NCBI GenBank assembly: GCA_951406725.2
Contig: OX597830.1
Location: 38,812,001-38,876,000 of the forward strand
Origin: Octopus vulgaris
Taxonomy: Eukaryota
Direction of reading: 5' to 3'
DNA: 64,000 nt
Positions 55,757 through 64,000 of the stretch are shown here, in pieces. Position 1 is the stretch's first letter. The number at the start of each line of letters is the position of its first letter. The position numbers and the translations under genes were made by a program. The notes below the pieces were generated by a model, which saw only the letters and a list, made by a program, of their open reading frames with translations, was not told the DNA's origin and did no database searches.

Positions 55757-55905
55757 TACATCTGTTGCAATTAACTTATTCTTTGTAGAAATAGCATTAA
55801 CTGTGTTGGATTTATACACTGCTAATATAAGTATGGCTGTTTTTGTTTTTTTTTGATTTGTTTCTAATATAGTTAAACAAATTAAGGCGGCGAGCTGGCA
55901 GAAAC

Positions 55906-56270
55906 GTTAGCGCGCGGAGCAAAATGTTTTGTGGTATATGATCTACCGTTACTTTCTGAGTTCAAATTCCGCCAAGGTCGACTTTGCCTTTAATTCTTTC
56001 GGGGTCGATAAATTAAGTACCAGTTACGCACTGGGGTCGATATAATCGACTTAATCGTTTGTCTTTCCTTGTTTGTCCTCTTTGTGTTTATCCCCTTGTG
56101 GGTAGTAAAGCAATAGGCATTTCTTCTGCCGCTACGTTCTGAGTTCAAATTCCGCCGAGGTCGACTTTGCCTTTCCTTCTTTCGGGGTCGATTAAATAAG
56201 TACCAGTTATGCACTGGAGTCGATATAATCGAACTTAATCCGATTGTCTGTCCTTGTTAGTCCCCTCTGC
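55906..56270 (+). mobile_element. Nin/Deu-type SINE with internal dimer (3' truncated)
   Basis: Same head and repeated ~180-bp core as the 49178 element. Confidence 0.85.
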
Positions 56271-56295
56271 GTGAATGTATAAATGTATAAATGTA

Positions 56296-56340
<45 letters not shown>

Positions 56341-56372
56341 GTCTATATTCATATATATGCACACGCACACAT

Positions 56373-56453
<81 letters not shown>

Positions 56454-57599
56454 ACATTGAATGTATAAGAGGCAGAAAATAAGTAGGTGTAATATAAATG
56501 AGAGAGCGAAAGCAACACTGAGCATTTACGTGTTTTCTGTTTCTCGTTTCGAATAATGTCTTTCATTCAATTATTATGTTCATTAAATATCATCCGTAAT
56601 TGTAGCCTAAATACCGAGAAGCAACATTTACATTCCAGATGGGATTTGCTTGAATACAATTTCTTTGTGTATCATTGAAAAATAAAATTAGTTTGACGCC
56701 CCAACCACCAAAAAAAAAAAAAAAGAAAGACCTCTATGCAGACGGAAGATCTGCTACTCATAACAAATAAACTTATCATTATTCTCACAATGCATACTTT
56801 AAAGCACTTGTCATATAATTACCCACAACTCTGATTCAAAAATAAGTTGATCAAATTTGACAACGCCGAAATGTACTCGGCAACACGTCTTACCAATCAA
56901 GGAACAACGTTTAGCTAAGCTTCAGCAGTTAATATTACTGAAAAAATCTTAATTAAAAATCCACTATTTTGAGTGTCCAAGACACATTGACTTCAGTGGT
57001 TTGAAAAATAGCATTATCAATTAGAAAGTAATTCCACCGTTTGGTACACTGAAACTCATTCTTGCATCACACCTGAGCACAAAAATTGCTTCCTGCACTC
57101 TATCAATATCAAAATTCAATCGGCAATTCATTTATTGATTACTGATCCCGATAACGTTTCACTGATCCGAATCATGGTCCTTTGACCCAAGTAACGATTC
57201 AGTAATTTTAGTAACGTTTCACTAATCTAAATACTCAGCACCTGTGCTAAATTTATTTCTAAATGACATTCAAGCGAACGTCGTTGGCTTTAATTGATTT
57301 GCTGCCGCACAAGCAAGCTTACATTTTTCATTAAATTAATCGGTGAACGAGTCGTCACAATGAGTTTAATGTTTCACGGATGAACAGTTATTATAACATC
57401 TTATTATGAGCTGCTGAAATTTTAAGTACATTCTCTTCTACAAGAACAATAACATTCCTTTGTACTAATACTGTAAGATTGTAGCAAATGAGAATTTGTG
57501 TAAGATGTTGATGCAAGTTGGAAACCTGCATTACAAAGTTCGATGCTCATGATTGAAAGATATATATGAACATCTACAAAACTTTTGAAAACGAATTGC

Positions 57600-58495
57600 C
57601 ATGTATATATATACATACAGTTGAAATTTACAGAAAGACAAAAGATGAAGACAGGTGCATAAACAACTAGTGGATGTTTTAAGTTGAAGCTCAGGAAGGT
57701 GAAAAAGTATTTTACGTTCCGAGGAAGGAACACGAGAATAAAAGAGACTTGTGGATTTAGCGGTCAATCATGGCGACTAGCTGGAAAAAGGTAGTTGGAC
57801 AGGAGAGCTAGGAAGATGGGGAGATAATAAAGTATAGGTGGTCCCAACACGAAGGTGCGCGTACATGTGCGTATGGGAAAGTGTGTGTGTTAAGTGTGTA
57901 CGTGTGGATAAGGTCTGGGGACATGTGGTGTGGTAAGGATATGGTGTGGGTGCGGTGTTGGTATGAAGTGAGGATTTGAGGGTGGGGTGAAGGTTTAGAA
58001 TGAGGATGTGACAGTGTGGATTGGGGGTGGCGGTTTGGTGGTAGGGATGAGATACGTGAGAGTGTGATGTGTGGGGATGGGATGTGGAAGAAGGGGGTGT
58101 CAATGAAGGGAGAATGTGGTCTCTATTTTTCCATACATTATCAGCTATACCCGATTTATCAATACCTCCTCGTGTCACAGCTTTGCGATGTTCGTCTACC
58201 CTTATTTTGAGGGGGCAGCATGTTTCGCCTCTGTATAACCTACCACAGTCTTTGGTCATATTCTCTTCTATTGGTGGTTTTACTCGGAGATATTTGCGAA
58301 GTGTTATATTACTCTTGGATACTGTTCTGATGTCATATGGGCCACATATCTTTTGTATCTTTTCGGAGAGGCCTTTCAGATAGGGTAGACAGACTATGGA
58401 CAGACTGGCCTCATCCTCTCTTTTTTTCATAACTGGAGTAGATAGTATACTTTTGGGGTAGTTGTTGCTTACATAACCGCCAAATGCGAATAATA
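57600..58495 (-). mobile_element. Penelope-like element 3' fragment (Penelope/Poseidon-like RT thumb + GIY-YIG remnant + terminal repeat)
   Basis: LPYLKGLSEKIQKICGPYDIRTV, DCGRLYRGET..PLKIRVDEH, KSGIAD; terminal 57600-57776 aligns with 60066-60219 but the HHR core is deleted. Confidence 0.8.
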
Positions 58496-58501
58496 TAAAT
58501 A

Positions 58502-58539
<38 letters not shown>

Positions 58540-58624
58540 ATGTTTGTTTCCGTGTATATATATATATTTGTATGTTTGTTTCCGTGTTTGTGCGTACGTG
58601 TGTATGTGTGTGATTATTTGTGTG

Positions 58625-58760
58625 TGCCTGTATGTATGCACGTGAGGTTGTGCTTATTTTTGTGTCTGTGTTTGTCTCCATCACCGCTTGAGAGCTGGCG
58701 CTAGTTTGTATACGTCCCCACAAACTAGCAGTCCGGCAAAATGTATCGATATGTGCTGTA
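58625..58760 (+). mobile_element. SINE family A internal fragment
   Basis: GTGTCTGTGTTTGTCTCC..CACCGCTTGA..TACGTCCCC..TAGCAGTCCGGCAAAA. Confidence 0.5.
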
Positions 58761-59972
58761 ATTGTTGAAAAACGTATAAACCTATTCAAGCAGCTTTCAT
58801 ATATTTAACATATCAATAAAATTCTTGCGTGATGGGTTGGATTTTGCGAGGAGAATTTCTAGTTCGAGACAGCTTTCAGGAGTGCAGTAATAGCTCCGTT
58901 TCTGGAGTAGATACTTCTATAGAAAGATACGGATTCACATGTATGAGAATCACATTTTCCCGAAGTGGTAATTATATACAACAGTTAAAAGTTGATTCTA
59001 TCAACTTTCTAGTCAATGAATATCATTTCACACTTTATTCTAAATCGACTTCCAACATACTCAAGCAGTATATGTAACTAGATATCCAAAACTCTACCAG
59101 AACATGTGCATAGATTCATTTGCAAAGAAAACTGGCTTTAAACATATTACACATATTTATTAATAATATGCAAGTGACATGCAGTCATTCTGAATCCTTA
59201 CGACAACTCCTTCCGTAATATGTCAGTAAGATATATATAAATGATATTTCTTCCTTTACTCCTACCATTAAAACATTCTCCTAATGTGTTGTTATAACTT
59301 CGGCGCATAAATGTTAAATTTCTATTCAACAAACGATATTACGCTTATATCTGAAGATATTGGAGGATTTTAGAAAATTGTTGTTGCTCATTCATTACGA
59401 TAACGTCAAGGTAAATCAAGGTATATTTATTGCGGAACATCAATAGCAGGTAACATGAGATTAAAACTATTATTATTAGAAATATGTATAGAAAGAAAGG
59501 AATTTATTTCTGAGATTTTTATGCGAGTAAAAACTAGGGACGTTATTTGTCTTTATTAATTATTTGAGTAGAGTAAATGTTTAGTCTAGTGATAGAGATG
59601 CAAAATGTTTTAATAGAAAAAAAAAACATTATTATACTAAGAGGCATAATTACAGAACCTACTTGTGCGAAAAGACTAGAAATTTTAATGGAAACACTGT
59701 TAAAGACAGATCTAATGTGTGTAGATTTAACATTAATATATTGGAGACATTCATTAGTTATATGAAATGAAAAATATAAATCTCATTTAAAATCTCAAGA
59801 AACGTTTAAGAGGTTAGCTACTTGAATATTATTGAATATAATGGATAAACATTTAATTAGTTATGTAGGGATTTGAGACCCATTGAAAGCCAGACTTGGA
59901 ATAGATGGTGACAACGCCCAAACCTAGACCACTTCAGGCGCGCATATATATATATATGTATGTATATGTATA

Positions 59973-60065
<93 letters not shown>

Positions 60066-60068
<3 letters not shown>

Positions 60069-60219
60069 CCATGATAGATCTGTAGCCAATTCACACATTT
60101 TTTTCTCTCCTTGTTTCTTTCTGTGTTCCTTTCTGTAGAAGAGCGTAGGCTCGAAACGTAAAAGACTTTTTCAATTCCTGGGCGTTATACTAATACATAT
60201 GTTTGCTTTCTACTCACAC
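60066..60219 (+). mobile_element. Solo PLE terminal repeat with minimal hammerhead variant at 60129-60164
   Basis: CTTT-CTGTAGA-A-GAGC(GTAG)GCTC-GAAACGTA-AAAG; follows (TA)n; aligns to the PLE terminus at 57600-57776. Confidence 0.7.
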
Positions 60220-61142
60220 TTATATGTGTTTGTGTGTGCGTGTGTGTGTGTGTATGCGCCCGCGTACGTGTATGTATGTATCTATGTATAAACAACTACC
60301 TCAGAAGCAAGTATTTATACGTTTGAATTGTGATGTTTTTTTTAAATTCGTATATATTGTCTTGATCATATTCTCATGTTTATTTCTAAGTAAAATGTAG
60401 ACAGATGATGATCACAACGATATTTTTCTTATGCCAGCTTCGTGCATTCTAAAATAAAATTGCCCAAAACGAAAACATGATTTGATTCTATTTCGTTTTA
60501 TCAAATACTTTTTGTTTTGTATATATGCCTTTCTTTGCCAGTATTTACATAGAAACGAAGCAAATATCTTTTCTAAACTGGATAACTAAAAATATAAAAT
60601 TTATAAATCTTTGGAAATTATTTCCTCGATAACCTCACTGATAACTTTCTCCGATGTATGTAGATAATCAATTTGTAATATCCTAGTGTCACTCGATTGT
60701 ACACTGAATCTATTCGTGGAAATATTAAAACTTCTCCATTCAGCGGAGTTCCGGCAATAGTACTGTATACAGTTTAATATTGCAATTTATAATATAATTG
60801 TCTTAAAATAAAAACGCTTTATTTCTGTCATTTATATTGAAAGACTTGATACTTTAAACAAAAATAAAAATCAACAGCTCAGTGATAGAAACGTAAGATA
60901 AAATATAAAATATATTATGCAAGTATTTTCAAGTATCCCTTTTTACTTTCATTACTGTTGGGTAAGTTCAAGAAGTTCAGATGCTTATCTAGTATGAAAC
61001 TTTATATAAGCTGAAACAATAAATGAAAAGTGAATGCATATGTGTGTGTGTGTGTATGCGTTTATGTATGGTACTATGGCTGTATAGCTATCTCTCTACA
61101 AACATTACACATACAAATACGCACACACACATATATATATAC

Positions 61143-61219
<77 letters not shown>

Positions 61220-62063
61220 TGCGTATATATAAATATATATGTGTGTGTGTGTGTGTGTTTGTGTATTCAATCTATATGTTTGTGTGTGTGTATGTGCGTG
61301 TGTATGTGTATGTGTGTGCGTGTGTTCATGTATGTGTGTGTGCGCACGCGCGATAATTTTCAAGGAGGTATCGGGCTAAATTTAGAGCGGTGAATTCCAC
61401 TATCACTTTTTGTTGAGCAATTTTCTTTCAACGCTACTTCATAAGCACCATTATCATAAGTCTGAAATTTCATATTCTAGACGTTGCAGAAAAATTATTA
61501 ATGATTTAAAACAAATTCTTTGTTTTAAACAATTTTACTAATTTACAGTTGAAATTTATTGGCAAGATCTTTTAACAATGAAATTATTTTGAAATTCTGA
61601 CAAGGATTATATTATACAACTCCATCGTGGTTATTATATGGTACAAGAACCGCCTCCGTAAACATACAGTAGAGTAAGTTTTAATAAATAATTTTTCAGA
61701 TTAAATCTCTCGACAAAAGAAAGCTTCTGACTTGGGTCCTTCATTTAAAGGACTATCAAAACTTATTAGATAAGTATTATGGTAAAGGAGTTAAACACTT
61801 CGCAATATATAATAGTTATGGAAATGGGCTGAAACTTTTAACGATGCCCACTCCTTATCTCCTCAGCTTTTAAGAAATTATGTATGTAATCTTATGTGGT
61901 ATGCAGCATCTTACCGAAATAGACATTTAATTCTAATTGACTTGGAACTAACGATTTGAATTTGATATTCTGTTTCAAATACAGTCATCAATAAACTTCC
62001 TTATCTCTACTTCCTTCCGACTGCCTATCTTTCTCTGTCTCTCTCGTCATATATTATAATGCA

Positions 62064-62129
<66 letters not shown>

Positions 62130-62193
62130 TGTATGTGTGCACGTATATAAATATGTGCGTGTGTCTCTCTGTATGTACGTATGTATATATTTA

Positions 62194-63439
62194 TTGGGTA
62201 ATTCCATAAATAATGTGGTTTTTCCAATTCCATGAACTAAAATTCGAAGGTGGGGCGTGATGAACTACCTGTATAAACTTGCTAAAATAACAGGTAGTAA
62301 TTTTACCTTGTCCTTATTCTTAGTGCAAGTTTTGAAGAGTGATGTTCAATTTCAGCAGTTAGCTTTTTCAAAGCTATAATGGAAGAGACAAAGGTACATA
62401 TTCAGCATATTTTGCTTTATAGGTTCAATAAAGGCAACGAGGCAAGGGAAAATGCGAGGAACATTAAATGCAATATATGAGGGTCGGACAATAAACGTAA
62501 GCCAGTGTCAACGGTGGTTCCGGAAAATCCGAGCAGGAAACTACAGTCTAGAAGACAAGCCGCGTGCGAGGCTGTAAACCCTGGTGGAACAAATTATCAT
62601 TGTAACTGTTGAGGAACTAGCAGAGAAGCTTGGAATTGGTCATTCAACCATTCATAAACACCTGAGTTTCATAGGAAAAGTCAGAAAATTGGGTCGATCG
62701 TTTTCTCACAATCTTACCGAATCTAATCGTGCGTAGTGAGTGAACGTGTGCTTTTCTTTGCTGTCACGTCTCCCACATGAAACGTTTTTGCATCGAATAG
62801 TGACTGGTGACGAAAAATGGGTTCTCTATAAAAACGTCAAGCGCCGAATGCGTTGGGTAAGGAAAGGAGAAACACCGGCACCTCAGACTAAAGAAGGTTT
62901 TCACCCACCTAAGTTGTTGTTAACTGTTTGGCGGCATATGAAAGGCTTAATCCACTTTGGGGTTTTAAACCCAGACCAAACGATAATGAAATAGATCTTC
63001 TGCAAGCAGCTTGAGCCGCTTACGTCAGCGCTGGAAGAAAAACGACCATATTTGGTTTCAAGGCGAAAGTTGTTCTTCCATCAGAATAATGCTCAATGAC
63101 ATACAGCGAGAATGACATTCCAACGGTTGGAGCAGTTTGAATGGGAAACGATGCCCCACCCACCATAGTCACCGTACATTCCCTATTTGATTATTATTCA
63201 TTCGGGAGTCTTCAGAATCATTTGGACGGAAAAAATATGAATTGGGTAGACGATGTCAACACAAGTACTTTTCGTCGGAGATAAGTGAATTTTGGAAGAA
63301 GGGCCTTGCAAATCTACCAGATAGATGGAAGGGTATTGTAGAAAAGGAAGAAGTGTATACTTTAGATTAAAAAAGAACTTTATCTTACTTTTCAAAAATA
63401 AAGAAGTTTAAAACCTGCAGTATTTATGGGATGACCCAG
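62194..63439 (+). mobile_element. Near full-length mariner transposon
   Basis: TA TSDs (62192-93, 63440-41); TIR TTGGGTAATTCCATAAATAATG vs CTGGGTCATCCCATAAATACTG; ~1.25 kb. Confidence 0.9.
62379..63370 (+). pseudogene. Mariner transposase pseudogene
   Basis: MEETKVHIQHILLYRFNKG (HTH), FLHRIVTGDEKWVLY, HQNNAQ*HT, PHPP*SP; stops and frameshifts. Confidence 0.88.
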
Positions 63440-63529
63440 TATGTGTGTGTAGTGACAAGCACATATGCACATAAAATTCCCCAATATGCAGACTTTAATA
63501 GTAGGTTAGATAGGACTGTGTAAGGGGTC

Positions 63530-63815
63530 TGGTCAGGTATCTGGCGTAGATGACGTTACTTCTCTAAAAATATAACGCGTTTTAATTGACATATGTGATA
63601 TCAGCTTAACCAAATATTTCAAAATCGTAACAATGACATCGAAAATTATCATTTTTCGAACTCGATTAGAAAAACAGATATTTGAAAGTAATTTGCTTAT
63701 TGCATGTTCCACAAAAGTTTGTTACACATAATTACTCCCAGCATTATATTTTATGAAAAAAATGTTTTAGAATTTCAGATACGGTTCAATAACTTCTAAG
63801 CCAGATACCTGACCA
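63530..63815. mobile_element. MITE-like inverted repeat pair
   Basis: TGGTCAGGTATCTGGCGTAGA vs reverse complement of TCTAAGCCAGATACCTGACCA. Confidence 0.55.
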
Positions 63816-64000
63816 TTTCAGATACGTTGAAATATTCAACTACCAGTGTGGGGGAAACATTTCCTTCTCTTAGTGAAAAGTACCTGGAGCTAGAATTATT
63901 TGATAAAGATTAAATTATTGATGAAAAGAGAGTATTCATTGTGCTTATTTCCACCTGTGAAGAAAAGGTATGAATGGTATTTACGAAGTTTTACACATTT

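Noticed and set aside
57777-58110. His/Pro/Thr-rich C-terminal tail of the 217-aa ORF
   Set aside because: Read-through into low-complexity GT-rich sequence after the deleted endonuclease; not a domain

Overview
AT-rich eukaryotic (metazoan) non-coding DNA. It is dense in (TA)n/(CA)n/(TAA)n microsatellites and in repeat families typical of coleoid cephalopods, most likely Octopus (inferred from the SINE families). No intact host gene, rRNA, true tRNA or CRISPR array could be supported. Almost all listed ORFs are microsatellite artefacts or decayed transposon fragments. The window contains Penelope-like elements (PLEs) with GIY-YIG endonuclease and hammerhead ribozymes, R4/Dong-type and L1/Tx1 and CR1-like LINE remnants, three or more tRNA-derived SINE families (several multimeric), Tc1/mariner relics, Helitron/Helentron non-autonomous elements and foldback MITEs. 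The most interesting locus is 1-2860. There, an open 290-aa Asn-rich + GIY-YIG ORF (minus strand) lies next to a canonical-core type I hammerhead on the opposite strand and a ~300-bp near-perfect palindrome, all set in (TA)n. Also notable are related minimal-hammerhead PLE termini with variant catalytic cores, and SINE multimers bounded by single TSDs.
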